Below are positions 14,280-27,100 of a DNA stretch of 64,000 nucleotides, one piece after another (positions within the stretch are counted from its first letter, which is position 1; each line of letters begins with the position of its first letter). The translations under genes were made by a program, and so were the position numbers. The notes below the pieces were generated by a model. The model was not told the DNA's origin, made no database searches, and worked only from the letters and a program-made list of their open reading frames with translations. The DNA comes from Squalus acanthias. Its lineage: Eukaryota. The stretch covers positions 11,594,001 to 11,658,000 of the forward strand of contig CM059447.1 in NCBI GenBank assembly GCA_030390025.1. The letters run 5' to 3'.

Positions 14280-14960
14280 TAAAATAATGGAATTGATTAT
14301 CAGGAGTAAACTTGAGATTTACCAATAAGATAATAATCTAGTAAATAGCAATCAACATGGTTTCAGTTGGGTGGAGGATAAGAGCCTACTCGGCCAATGT
14401 CCTTAACATTTATTTTTAGGGAAGTGACACTCCAAGTCAACTGTGGAAAGTCTTACAACGTGGTGCACCTAGATTTCCAAAAGGCATTTGACAAAGTTCC
14501 ACACAAAGGGTTGTTAGTTAAGCTTAAAGCATCAGAAAAAGAGGGGGGCAACTTGAGAATGAGTCCGAAATTGGTTGATGGATAGGAAGCAGCAGGTACG
14601 TGTTAAAGAGTTATGCTGGGAGGTGGGGGGTGCAAAAGTACGGAGCGATGTGGCCTAAAAAGACTGGGGTTGGGCCTTCCTATTTCTAATTTACAGTAAC
14701 ATTTTGGATTCAGGAACGTAATACAAACTGGGCAGAATTGAAGACAATACCAAAGTAGCAGGGATACTTGATACTGAGGAGAAGCTCGGGAACCACAAAA
14801 ATGAGCTGGACAAAATATGTAAGTGGGTGAGAATAACAGATTCTATTTAATACAGACTAGTGTAAAGCGCAGCACATAGGAATAAATAAAACGGAGGGAC
14901 ACAACAAGTACTCCATGTATGATGTTAAAATAGCTAAGGATGAACTTGAAAAGAGATCCA
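14280..14960 (+). mobile_element. CR1 LINE RT fragment
   Basis: SNQHGF and YNVVHLDFQKAFDKVPHKGLLVKLK; degenerate downstream RT motifs. Confidence 0.8.
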
Positions 14961-14961
14961 A

Positions 14962-15480
14962 GGGCCTAGACATTTGATTGGACGCAAAAACAGGCGTGCA
15001 GGGGGCGGGGCGCATACTGCATCCCTGCACAGCAAATTGCAATATGTTGCTGATGTCACTTGCTGCCGTCTGGAAAGAGCCCGCAGTGTAAACATTATGG
15101 GGTACGGTCACCTTGACAGTCACGGGCAGTCCGTGCCCTGATGTGGGGCTCCAGTTGTGGCTGCAGCAGATGACACCAGCGATGGCCTCCGTGGTGAAGC
15201 ACAGGCACCTGACTCCTCAGGGAAGTTTAGGTGTGAGGAGTGCTTCCTGAAGACCCGCTGTGGGTATGGCGTTCTGCGCGGTAACCTCCTCCCTCTTCTA
15301 GCTGCTTCTGCTCTCTTCTGCCTGCTCTGCTGCTCCCCCTCATCCTCCAGCCCCAAAGGCAGACCAACCAGACCATGCACTATTACAATAAAACGGTTTC
15401 CAAAGCAAACAAACGTATCCAGCACCAGCACAAAGTTGTCTCCAGAAATGAGAATTTATTATTGGACATCATGTCAAAAA
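14962..15480 (-). mobile_element. Harbinger fragment with degenerate HARBI1-like transposase N-terminal coding sequence
   Basis: Minus-strand peptides GLPLGLEDEGEQ...RRTPYPQRVFRKHSSHLNF and VKVTVPHNVYTAGSFQTAASDISNILQFAVQGC, frameshifted. TIR-like GGGCCTAGACATT at 14962; other end unclear. Confidence 0.75.
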
Positions 15481-15743
15481 AGCTGGTTGAAGAAAGGAGC
15501 TACACCACAGGAGGAGGACAAGCGGACCATGCAGATTGTGATGCTTACCAGGAAGGGCAACAACCAACAGGTACAGTACCAGTACAAGCTAGGAATAGTG
15601 CAGTGTTACCGTATAGATTTAAATAAAATTGATAGATTATTGAACTTTTGGGAGGTTGATGAGTGGGTACTAAAGACTACTTTTCTATTTCAAAAATGTT
15701 GATGCAGAAGTTATTAGGAGTTGCTGCATGACCTAATTCACTC

Positions 15744-16964
15744 AAAGAAAGACTTGCATTTCTCGAGTGCCTTTCACGACCACCGGACGTCTCAAAGCGC
15801 TTTACAGCCAATGAAGTATTTTTCAAGTGGAGTCACTGTTGTAATGTGGGAAATGCGGCAGCCAATCTGCTCACAGCAAGCTCCCACAAACAGCAATGTG
15901 ATAATGACCAGATAATGGCCCAGAAATTTGACTCGGAGGCTTGCCGCGGGGGTAAGGATCGCGCGCGATATCACACTCCGCGCCGGCCGTTGTGTTTTGG
16001 GCCCACAGGAACTTCGGGTCCTGGGCCTCTCCCTGGTGCTGGCGCGCAGTGTGTGCGTGTCCCAGGGGCGCAGTTAGTGCGATGCGACCTCTGGGATCAC
16101 GTGGGCCATGGAGAGCCAATGGCAGCACACCATCTTTCATTCATAGATTTGACAGGAGACCTGTCAAATCTGTGAATTGAAAGAGACCCCAAAAGAACAG
16201 CTAAACCTCAAATAATTTTTTTTTAAAAACCATCACATTAATAAAATAACTATAGTTAAATAAATTAACCACTTTAAACAAAAATTTTAATTTTTGAAAA
16301 AATTAGAAAATGTTTTAAAAGTTATAAAAATAAACTTACCTTTCTTTAAAGTCTCTAAAAAAGATAAACCTGTTGAAAAAAATTAAAAATTATACTTAAT
16401 TAACTACTTACCTTGTTCAAAAGGGGTCTTACGCCTCCTTTTTTCTTGCGTAAAATCTTCCATACTTACCCTCGCGTTGAAACCTGAAAAAAAACCTACG
16501 TGTGCTGCGTGCGCACAGCCTGTAGTGTGCACGTGGTTCACCTAGGAACCGCCCCCTTCGCCATACCGTAAGTGCCGGTTTCCCGCGCATGCGCAGTGCA
16601 TGCAGGAAACCGGCACTTCGGGACCGAATACGGGTGAGTACGCAGCGGGTACTCTCCCATATTCGGCCGAATTTTTGGGCCATTCTGTTTTTGTTATGTT
16701 GGTTGAGGGATAAATATTGGCCAGGACACCAGGGATAACTCCCCTGCTCTTCTTCAAAATAGTGCCATGGGATCTTTTACATGAGAAAGCAGATGGGGCC
16801 TCGGTTTAACGTCTCATCCAAAAGACGGCACCTCCGACAGTGCAGCACTCACTCAGCACTGCACTGGAATGTCAGCCTAGATTTTTGTGCTCCTGGAGTG
16901 GGACTTGAACCCACAACCTTCTAGACTCAGAGGCAAGTGTGCTGCCAACTGAGCCACAGCTGAC
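15744..16964 (-). mobile_element. Deu-domain SINE, second copy, split by the 15917-16681 MITE
   Basis: Reverse complement of the 8639 copy; head GTCAGCTGTGGCTCAGTTGG...GGGTTCAAGTCCC (A and B boxes) at the 16964 end. Confidence 0.82.
15917..16681. mobile_element. Harbinger-type MITE (765 bp) inserted into a SINE
   Basis: TIRs GGCCCAGAAATTTG ... CGAATTTTTGGGCC; TSD AAT/ATT; GC-rich arms around an AT-rich core; splits the SINE at GACCAGATAAT|CTGTTTT. Confidence 0.85.
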
Positions 16965-18532
16965 GCTGGTAGATGACTAAAGAAAATGTATTTTGCAATG
17001 GAAGTCCTTGAGCGAACGAAGGTGCACTTTCTTTCCTGTGGGCATCAAGGTGAGGGATGTCTCACTATTGGAAAGGATTGTTGTTTCCACTTTTGTTTCC
17101 TGGGTCAGCTATGTCATAGATCAGATGAAGACTAATGTCACATTTATGGTGCACAGAAGCAAAAACAGAAAATGCTGGAAGTTCACAGCAGGCACAGCAG
17201 CATAAGTCACAGATTTCTCTTTGCAGACGCCAGCAGCCCTGCTGTGTATTTTCACATTTGCAGATTTTCTTTCTTTTGATTTACATCATGCGGAACTGGA
17301 GGGGATGTTCGGATGTCTCTGGACGGATGAATTAAGATGGGCCAAATGGCCTTTCTCAGCTGTAATTATCTTGTGAAAGTTATAACCGAGATTAGCACTC
17401 ATCTGCCATGTCATGGGCATAAACTCAGATCATTCCACACGTTAGAAACACCAAAGTTGTGTGTGTTGCAAAGTTAATCGTATTTAAACAAATTTAGCCG
17501 ATACAGATAATATAATGCAGGAGACATACACTCTAATAAACAATGGCTTCTAAAAAGACTGTAGCCTATTTAAAGAATGTTAAAATTGATTCCCTGGGAA
17601 ATTAATTTTGGTCTGTTAATTTGTGTCATGAAAGTATCAATTTACATTCATTTAGAACTGTTTGAATATATCTGCCTCCTAAGGTAGCAGTAACAGTTTT
17701 CAAAGTTAGTTTTATACACTGCTTTTTTAAAAAAGACTGCCCTGTTAGCATTCTGTGAAAACAACCCTGAAATAGGCTGATATCTAATGGGTGAAAGGAA
17801 CACAACTGATATACTTGCCATTTCATGGTTTTCTCAGGTTAAAGCAAAAACTAGCGAAAAGTAGGATTGATACCTTAAAGGCATAACTCTTTCATTTTCT
17901 TGGCAGACTAGAATCTGTAGTTTCTTAGCATACGAGTATCAAGCATGTTGCAACCTGCATCCAATCTACATGTATTCAACCACATAGTTTCATTTTATAA
18001 CTACATATATCAATGTTTCAAAGATTCATTCTGTCACCTTATTCATCACGTTAAACTGTAAGAGTACTAAATTGCTTTCCATGTACAGTTCTACGAATCG
18101 AGGTGCAGCCCCAGTTAAAGCTATGGCATACTGTAGCTTTTTTGTTGGTTCACACAAGTTGTAAATCTCTTGCTAACATAACTCAACATCCTCACAAATG
18201 TTTCAGTCTTTCGAAAATTAAATTTTTTCAAAGTCATTTTTTACTGTCTCTAAGGAAAAGATGGCAGTCAATAGGGCTCCACTGTTTTTTCCCTTTTAGA
18301 GAATTTCCTTCTACTTTTAAAACCCGACAAAAATACTTCTAAAAATGTACAGGTCTTTCACCATCTAGTCTCAAAATAAAAACCGTTCGTAACCTAACAT
18401 ATATGGTTCATTATACAGTTGATCGTGAGAAGGCAGGTCAGATTTAATAACACAATAATGTTCCTTTAGTTTAAAAAACACAACTTTTTTATTTTGAAAG
18501 GGTGTAAAACTTTCATCTTGGTAGTAAGAGAA

Positions 18533-19306
18533 GGGGGAGAAATTGGGTATCGCCCATTTTGGGGCGCTAATATCGGCCAGGCGTAAAGTTTAGCGCCTGG
18601 CGCTAATTATCACCTCCGACTGCAAAATTCACCTCTATCGCCCCTGGAGGAGATTTGAGCGCTAAATCAGGCGCTACACACCTCTCTTAAGGCGTAAACA
18701 TCGGGGAGCGAGGCGCTAGCTCAGAACGCTACCGAAGCTCAGGCGATGTCAGTTACCATGGAAACCAGACACACTGGCGCCATCGAGTTCTTAAAGGGGA
18801 GGGGCCATCTTGCTGGCCAGCCACTCCCTGCTCATTGCAGCCTTGAATCTCGGCCTGGAGAGACCTCAAAAGCAATTGTGTGGAAGCACTAATGGATAGG
18901 CCCAGGGAAAGAGCTCGGCGCTTTGGAACCTCAAAAGTGGTGCTGAGGGCCAAAACTCCTTCGGACAACGTTAAAACCAAAAATTTTGCCGATAAGAAAA
19001 GGCAGGAAGCGCCCGCCTTTAAATAGCGCTCCCCCAGCCCCTTCCCGACTTGAAAACGTTCCCTCTACCTGTTGTTCCTAGCGGCAGGCGCTAGGGCAGG
19101 GGACGTGACTCAATATCCAGCCCGGGGTGCTGCACACTCGACTGACGTCACGATCTGCAGGCGCAGGAGATCGTGGCGGTAGTGTTTAACGCCGCCGCAA
19201 AATGTCTGGTCAAGTTCGCGAGCGGCGCAAACATCGCTGCGCTCGGGCACTAGTTGCTTTGCGCCCCATTAGCACCTGAGGCGCTAATCAACCGAATTTT
19301 TCCTCA
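18533..19306. mobile_element. Harbinger-type MITE (774 bp), related to 10620-11314
   Basis: TIRs GGGGGAGAAATTGGG ... CCGAATTTTTCCTCA; TSD GAA/GAA. Shares CTTAAAGGGGAGGGGCC, CCTTTAAATAGC, TGACGTCA and CTAGTTGCTTTGCG with the 10.6 kb copy. Confidence 0.83.
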
Positions 19307-20395
19307 GAAATCTCTAAAATGACAAGTTATAGCACATTGAACACAATTCAATCTTCAATTTTTAACCTCTATAACCAATGTTGCGACAAGAACTGCCGCA
19401 ACACTTGTAAGAAAGGATGACAAACAAAATCCTCCAATTGTCCCCCAGCATCACCCAAAACCATAGCATTCCCACTTTAATGCAAAACTGATGGCACAAT
19501 GCAGTGGGATAAGCAAATCTCCTGCAAATTGGCTGGCGGCCTACTTTTCCCACCTTGCCAAACATTTCAAAGCTTTGCTCATTTCGATACACCGAGTATC
19601 CAAGGAGGAAAGATCAAAGCTCAAGACCAAGATGAGAAAACAATCAGCCAGTTGAATTGTTCTTTCAGGAAATAGCTGGATCCTCACAACTGATTTGCAT
19701 ATTCTCCAGACTCTGGCGTCTTTCGCAATTGCTTTGCTTTAATTTGATACCAATGGACTAATCTCGGAGCATGTTATTTTGTGGTCTGCCGGCGAAAGCA
19801 GCTGAAAATGCATGAGATTCGATAAGTCCTTGTAAAAGCGAGAAAAAAACTACTCAACAGGAAATTCCACAAAAACAACCGAAACAGCTTATGATCATAA
19901 AATCCAGGACATAAACTGCACCTTTGCACAGGTCTTAGTAACCTGCAAATCTTGGACTGCAACTTATCCAGTGATTAGATGTTTTCTCTACCAGCCCCAC
20001 CCAGCTATACTGAGGAAAAGATATGAAGTATAGGTAGCATATTGTTATTTTACAATCTTAAAACTTACCTTTCTCCTGAAGTTCATTTTTTTTATCTTCT
20101 TTCTGTTGCGAGGAACCACTTTGTTAGTAATTAACCCATGGCATCTTTAATGATTACATAACTGAGTGTGGAACCAAAAGTACTAACAGCAACTAGATAA
20201 CTCTCTCATGTTTGCCTGTGCAGATGAAAAAAAACAGGTGATGCTATTTATATGCTGGCGCCAAAACAAAAGGAGTTAAATTACAGATAAAATGCGCAGA
20301 TATGATCCACAAGAAACAGGATATAGGTGGCTGTTTAATTCAGCCAATATTTACAAAAAGCCGCAAATATATTAATTACAGATATTTGGCACTTT

Positions 20396-21400
20396 GGAGG
20401 TGATTTTCAAGATTCTCCGAGATGGCCAAGGTTGGGTCTTGAGCTGAAACGCTGGTTTAGCCCACGTTTAACGCAAGACGCCATCTTGGTAAAGGAGTTG
20501 AAGCGCGCGGTAGGAACAGCCGTCTGGAGGATCGTTAAGGGGCTGGTTGCCACTTAAATTGCCTGCTAGCGCTCATTAATGAGTCTGCACGGTATTTTGT
20601 TGGATAGTGCTTGATTTGACGCCCTCTGCTCACTGCGATCAGCCAATTGGGAGTAAACAAGTCACTGCTGAGGATTTTGAGTGCTACTTAAAGGTATATC
20701 ACCTGTTACTGTTCACTTTCTGCTGGAGGTTTGAAGAGAACTTTTGAAACACATCAGGAGACTTCCTGGGAAACTTTGTCAAGACTTCCCCAACACTCTA
20801 TCAACATTTATTCCAGAAATTCTCTGAGGACTTCACCTAAAAAGAGTAAGTGCTGTGCTACTCTACCTTATTGGCCATCAGGAGTGCTTGGTCATGGGCA
20901 TCTTGCTAAGGGACCCCCTTGGTCTACAGGAGGAATGGGAGGAGGACATGAGGCCAGGCAGAGAAGCACCAGCTGCTGCAGGAGATAGAGACAAAGGGGC
21001 GAGGTGGACTCCTTCCCCCCTGCGGGTACAGGATTTCTCTCCTCCTCTGAACCTCCTCCACCAGGACCTCCAGTGCTGCGTCCGAGAACCTGTGTGCCCT
21101 CTCTCTCGGTCCCTGAGTCATCCTGAAACATGCTGCTGTGTGTCAGCCAGCGCACTCCACACCTTCAGTGGAAGTGGGTGCGTGGAGCCCACATACTGCT
21201 CCACGAAAATTGCTTCTAATCAGCATTTGAGTGCTAAACCTACTGGTGTCTGTTGTAGTGCCTCCAGGCAAGTTCAAATTATGGTAATCAGCAATTAGGA
21301 CCAGAATTGTGCTAAAACCAGACTTTCAAACAGGCGTGTCTTATTAACACAGCAGCCATTTAGCGCCTGTTTTCACCCTCTAGCCAAAATAACACCCCCT
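20396..21400. mobile_element. Internally deleted Harbinger element with convergent transposase and Myb starts
   Basis: Left TIR-like GGAGGTGATTTTC; + MGILLRDPLGLQEEWEED (~20894) abuts - MTQGPRERAHRFSDAALEVLVEEVQRRREILYP (21121->). Right boundary approximate. Confidence 0.7.
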
Positions 21401-21585
21401 CCCCCATCAACTTTAAACTCCGATTTGCTTGTACTCTGCAAACCTGCTTTTCATCAGTGTGTGTGCGTGTGTGTGTACACCAGAAGGGGGAAATTATCTC
21501 CAATAAAATAGAGGTCAAAGCTACACTTTGAATGATATCTTTCTCCATTATGATAGCTCTAAGATTTGGACTGTTTAAACATTAT

Positions 21586-23289
21586 GGCCGGAATGTTGCC
21601 TACCTGGGCAGGTTTAGTGCGGGCGGTGTCCGTGGTGGGTCATGACCCCGCTGCTGGCTCCATCTCGCTGCTGAAAATGACTTTCCCTTAATAGGGCCTA
21701 TTAAAGCCGCCCAGCGCGTTACCCAGCCCAATTAAATGGTGCGGGTCTGGTGACATCATCGATGACCCGTTTTCAGCCAGGATCTTTAAAGGGGCCACAG
21801 GCCACATTGGATTTGAATATCAATGTAACATAGTTCTGTCAGTGCACTACAGCATTGGAGTGCTGCAAACACTGACAAAGACTGCACAGAGGCAGAGGGC
21901 AGCACCCAGGTTCTCCGATGACTCCCTCCATATGCTTATGGAGGGAGTCAGAGCAAGCAGGAAGGTCCTCTTCCCTTCCAATGGGTGGAAGAGACCTCCC
22001 CAGGACTCCAAAACAGCAGAGGAGGTCTCCAGCAGGGATGTGATCAGGAGGACATGGGTGCAGTGCCGCAAACGTTTCAATGATCTCATTAGATCAGGAA
22101 ACGTGAGTACAAAGCCACACTCACCTTCATCCTGCTGTGCCTCTCATCACATCCCATAACTCTGCCTTCCCAACCCTACCCCTGCACATCCTTACTCACA
22201 CCAACATACCTTGCATGTCCATCCATCACTCTCTCTCTATCTACATGATCGCATCCCCATCTCACTAGCCACCCCTCTCACTCACCCTCATCCTAGTGCA
22301 ATCACACCAACTAACAACACACAAGGAGGCCACTTGGGTGTTTTATTCAATGTTTATGTAAAGTTTCCGTTAATGTGCTGTCAGATATAAAAATCTTTAT
22401 CTTCAACACCTTCTGGTGTTGGACAGATTTGTGTGCACCTTTGGAAGTGGCATAGTGAGTTGCAGTGAATGGTGAGACATAACGGTACCTCCAGCAATGG
22501 TAGTGAGTCTGAAAGGAATGGCTTGGTCATTGCAGGGATGCTTTATGGTGTTACTGTGGGGTGGTGCCAACCTGGTGCATCAGGGTGTACAGTATCAAGT
22601 GATGTAAATCTGGCCATGATGAGGCCATCCCTGGCCTCCCGGGCAGCAATGTGCTCGGGTGCTGATGCCCTCTGTCCTGTGCAGCATCAGGTGATTGCGG
22701 AGAAGGTTGGTGTTGTTGTTGGTGCTGCTGGTGTTGGGCCACATCGTGGTCAGATTCTGAGGACCAAGGTGAGGCAGTATAAACGGCATCCATGCTGATG
22801 GAATAGATGGCAGGTGAAGTAGAGATGACAGGTGCAATCTCTCAATGGTGAGAGACTTTGCTGGAAAGACTGCAGCCTTCAGAATCTGTGCTGGGAATGC
22901 AGTGAGAAACAGCTTCTGCTGAGGAAAGTGATCATCTGTCAGGTGGGAGCTTTTATAGTACATTTGATGCTGTCAACTAATCAGCTGGAGCAATTGCCAT
23001 TGAACTCCCGCCTCAGGTTGACAGACGTGGTTCCCGAGCAGCATGTTTCCTGTGGCCATGCAGTTAAATTTAAAAGGCAAGGTTAAAACCACTCTTAAGG
23101 GTCTGACAACTCGCTACTAATAATTTCAATTGAGTCGCCCGCCTCTGCCGGTCGGGTCGGGTCCGCGCTGACAGACACGCCTGGGGGAAACGCGTGTGGG
23201 AGCGGGATGACAGCGGGTTCCCAACCCGCTCCCAAAAATAGCAACTTTCCCACCCGACCCGCCCACTATCACCCCGGAAAATTCCGGCC
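21586..23289. mobile_element. Non-autonomous Harbinger element (1.70 kb) with Myb exon 1 and the same transposase remnant
   Basis: TIRs GGCCGGAATGTT ... AAAATTCCGGCC; TSD TAT/TAT. Myb/SANT fragment RAAPRFSDDSLHMLMEGV...RRTWVQCRKRFNDLIRSG|GTGAGT (+, ~21880-22102). Minus-strand remnant at 22551-22793 is homologous to 28799-29025. Confidence 0.87.
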
Positions 23290-23593
23290 TATATTGCTAG
23301 TAAATGTGGTCCCCGTATATAAATTGCCACTGTAAATCTAATTACTTACTTTTTGTACTTCTGCAAACTGTTAACGATGTAACAGATGACAGCTGATATA
23401 TGACACTCACGCCGAAGCTGAGTCACAATTGATGCAAGATTAACTGCTTTGGAATGTTCTGTTTAATGAAATCATTAATTTCAAAGACTACATTGACCCA
23501 TTTTTATAAGTCTTCTCAATCACAACTTTACAGCGAAAAGAACTCGTCCTACTAATATGACCTAAGTAAATGTGCAATCGCTTGCAAGACTAT

Positions 23594-24323
23594 GGGCTGG
23601 ATTTTCAATGACCCGTGGAGTCGGGTTTGGAGGCGTGTGGGGGGTTAAAGTTGCAGATTCGGGGGTCCCGACCCCATCCCGCCTCCACGCAATTTTGACA
23701 AAATCGGTCGCGGGGTTCCCGACTCCGTCCCGCCTCCAAGAGGCGGGAGAGGCCATTAAAGCCCTTAACAAGCCCTAAATTGGCTCTGTAATGCCAGTTT
23801 GAAACGTTTCAGCTAGTTTAACCCTTTTCCGACGTGAAGTACGCCTGATGTGAAACACGCCAGTGAAACCTGGCGGGAGCACAAGTGGATAGCTGACTAT
23901 CAGCTGCAGGTCCACTATTACAACGGAGATGTGATGAAGGTAGTAGTAGTATTAGGTCTGAAAGTCGCCTCTGATGCTGCTGCATTGAATGTCTTCAGAG
24001 ACTGCCTGGGAGGACTTGGTTGCAAAAAAAATTCTCTCTCTCTCTCTCTCTCTGAGAAGCTGCTCATTTTGCATCCAGGTCCTCTCACAGCAAAGGCCAG
24101 GCAATCTCTGAGACCAGGCAGTCTCTGACCTGCAATGATGACATCATCAGAGGCGACTTTCAGACTGAAACCACTAATTGGTTCATGGGTTCCCACATGC
24201 TGGAACTCAATTGCCCAATTAAGTGAAAATTGCATCAATCTCCCACATCCAATTGCAGTCGGGTGGATAACACGAAATGCGGATGACACGACCCCAACCC
24301 GCCCCAGTATCAAAATCCAGCCC
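23594..24323. mobile_element. Harbinger MITE (730 bp), deletion derivative of the 28276-31545 family
   Basis: Perfect 12-bp TIR GGGCTGGATTTT/AAAATCCAGCCC; TSD TAT/TAT. Both subterminal regions match 28276-28600 and 31350-31545 (e.g. TGAC[A/G]TCATCAGAGGCGACTTT, GGTTCCCACATGC, TCAATTGCCCAATT). Confidence 0.88.
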
Positions 24324-25589
24324 TATGTAACTGCTAATGAGTCAATCCTGTTATCTACTACAGAAACACAACCCATTAATAGATACTTTTGCCTTGCAAT
24401 GGGATGGTGTAATAACCCTTTAACAGTGCACCCAAAGGGTTACAATTCTTGCGGTAGTCACCTAAGCTGATTAACAGCACTCCGCAAGCACTGTAGAACA
24501 CTGTAGTTTACAAAGGTTCAACGTTCTTCTTCCCCTAATGCAAGTTATTTTCCTCATGCTTTACATTCTACTAAACCATTCATAATCTCAGATTGTGAGT
24601 AGCAGCAATATTATTCCAGCCCATTATGTGTCATGCTTTTGAAATGCCTGCTCCATGATATGTGAGTGTGCTACTGCTTGACTCATTCCCTGATTTCCCC
24701 TCTGTGGAAGTACTTCACATCTCCAGTCAGTGCTGTCCCCCAGTCCACCCAGCTGAGATTGATAGCTTACCTTGTGAGGAATCATTGGAAAATATCCACA
24801 TTGTGTGACAGAACACTACAGGCCAACAGTGGTATTAATATTTGGGTTTTTTGTAAACATAAAATTGTAGTTTGATCTTGGGGTACAGAAACATAATGTG
24901 CTTATGCTTCATTATCAGAACATCTTGATAGTTACTCTTATATATTATGGCTATATTTAACATGAGAGTTATATCGTTTTAACAAGGGACATTTAAGTTT
25001 GATGTTCTGTATTTCAATTTAACCTCTGCATTCCTTTAACATAATCATTAATAGACAGCTAACCACGTGGTCTATTTATGAAAGATATTCCAATTTTTTC
25101 CAAGTCTTCCAATCCCGTATTCTATTCTTGACATGGTACAATGACATCACAACACTGCATGTTTAAGAAAATTTGAATTCAGATCCCAAGAATTACTCCT
25201 GAAGGCAGCATTTGCACTGCGCAAAGGGATTCATGCTTCTCCACGAGTTTCACTTTTGGATCCATGAGTATATTAAAGATTCTATGAAGGATGTAGGAGT
25301 GGAATTAAGAAATCCTGTTTATTTGGGGAATATATAAAATGTACAATAAAGTGTGATCCTAAATCAAGTAATGCACCAATTATTCTCAATCTGAAATATT
25401 TTTTAATCAGGTAATAGAAAATAGATGTGATTTCCAATTGGTCATCTTCCACACAGCCTGTTTCATACAAAAAACCTACTAAAGAATATTCTTCCTACAC
25501 ATTTGTTATTTTAATAATTGCATTGCTAAATAAATAGGGAATCTCTATAGTTAGCACAACAAATGATATGTATATTGGTATGGGTGTCG

Positions 25590-27100
25590 TTATGCTCATC
25601 CAAGATTGGATGTTGGACAAGCAGTCTGATAACAGAGGCAGTGGAGTGGTCAAGAGAGGTGGTAGAGAGTTAGTGCTGGGTATCATCAGCATATATGTGG
25701 AAGCTTAACCCATGCCTGAGGATGATCTCGCCAAGGTGAGGAGGAGGAGGGGCAAAAAAGGATGATCTTTGGGGGACTCCGGAGGTAACAGTATGGGGGT
25801 GGGAAGAGAAGCTTTTGCTAGAGATGCTCTGGCTACAATCAAATAAGCAAGAATGGAACCAAGTGAGGCCAGTCCCACTGAGCTGAATAAAGGAAAAAAG
25901 GCATTGAAAGAGGATGGCGTGGTCAACCATGTTGAAGGCAGCAGAGAGGTCAAGAAGGATGAGGTGGGATAATGCACCGCAGTCACTGTGAATTTTATTT
26001 CTGACTTTGGTTACTGCTGTTTCATTGCTTTGGGAAGGACAGAAATCTCGTTTGGAGAGATTCAAACAGAGAGTTGCAGGAGAGATGGGCACAGACCTGG
26101 GATGTGAGAACATGCTCAAGTGTATATGATAGGAAAGGGAGGTTGGAGATGGTGGTGGTATTCTAGAAGGACTGAGAGGTGCGAGGCTGGGTTTTTTTGA
26201 GGGAGGAATGATTGCATTGTCTTTAAAGAGAGGGGCTCAGTGCCCGAGGAGAGGGAACTCACAAGGGACCCAGGAACAGAAGTTGGATGGGTAGCAGCTT
26301 AGTGGGAATGGGATTGTGGGAGCAAGAGTGGTTCTCATGGATGGAATGAGCTTGGAGAAGGTATGGGGGGGTAGATGTGAGAAAAATGATGGAGAGAGAC
26401 AGAGAGAGAGAGAAACAGGTTAAAGGGTAGGGTAGGGGGGACTGGGAGGCGTATGGATTGATAGGCAAGGGTGGAGGAAGCAGCAGAGGGAACTGAATGA
26501 TGGTTTGTGTTCATGGCAAAGAAATCTATGAGCTCTTCACACTTGTTGTTAAAGGTGAGGGTAGAGAAGTAATTGGAGAGAAATTTAAGCGAACAGTTGG
26601 TAGTGGGGGAAAGAAGCTGGGGTTATTTTTGCGGTCCAGGATGATTCTCGAATAGTGGGCAGTTTTGAAAGAGGAGAGTACGGCCTGGTAAAGCTTGATG
26701 TGGTCCTGCCAGTTCTGTTGATGGAAGGTCAAACCAGTTGTGCACAAGATACACTTAAGTCTGCAACCCTTGGACTTAAGGGAGCACAGATGTGGGCCAT
26801 ACAAGGGAGAATAACCAGGATGGGAGACAGTGAAGGTTTTGCTGGAGACAAGGTCATCAAAGATGGAGGTGAGGGAAAGGTTGAGCAAATCGACAGCTGC
26901 AAAGGTATCACAGCAAATGGATGGCCCAAAGGCTACACAATTGGGAGCTTGAAAGTGGAGAGTTTTTTCCAAGGCCAAACACTGGAGAAAATGCATCTGG
27001 AAGGGGGTAGGGGGGTGCGGGTGATGAGAGGTACAAGGAGGTGGTCAGAGGTGCATTATGAGTGATCATGACCAACATAATCCTGGTCAGTGCCTGAGCA
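25590..27100 (-). mobile_element. L2 LINE ORF2 fragment
   Basis: LILLDLSAAFNMVDHAIL, WFHSCL, SGVPQRS and FHIYADDTQ motifs with frameshifts. Confidence 0.85.

Noticed and set aside
15157-15702. 181-aa + strand ORF
   Set aside because: Antisense to a Harbinger transposase fragment and runs into unrelated sequence; no recognisable domain.
16890-16964. tRNA-like sequences (also ~8639, ~12557, ~35200)
   Set aside because: A/B-box heads of SINEs without a complete cloverleaf.
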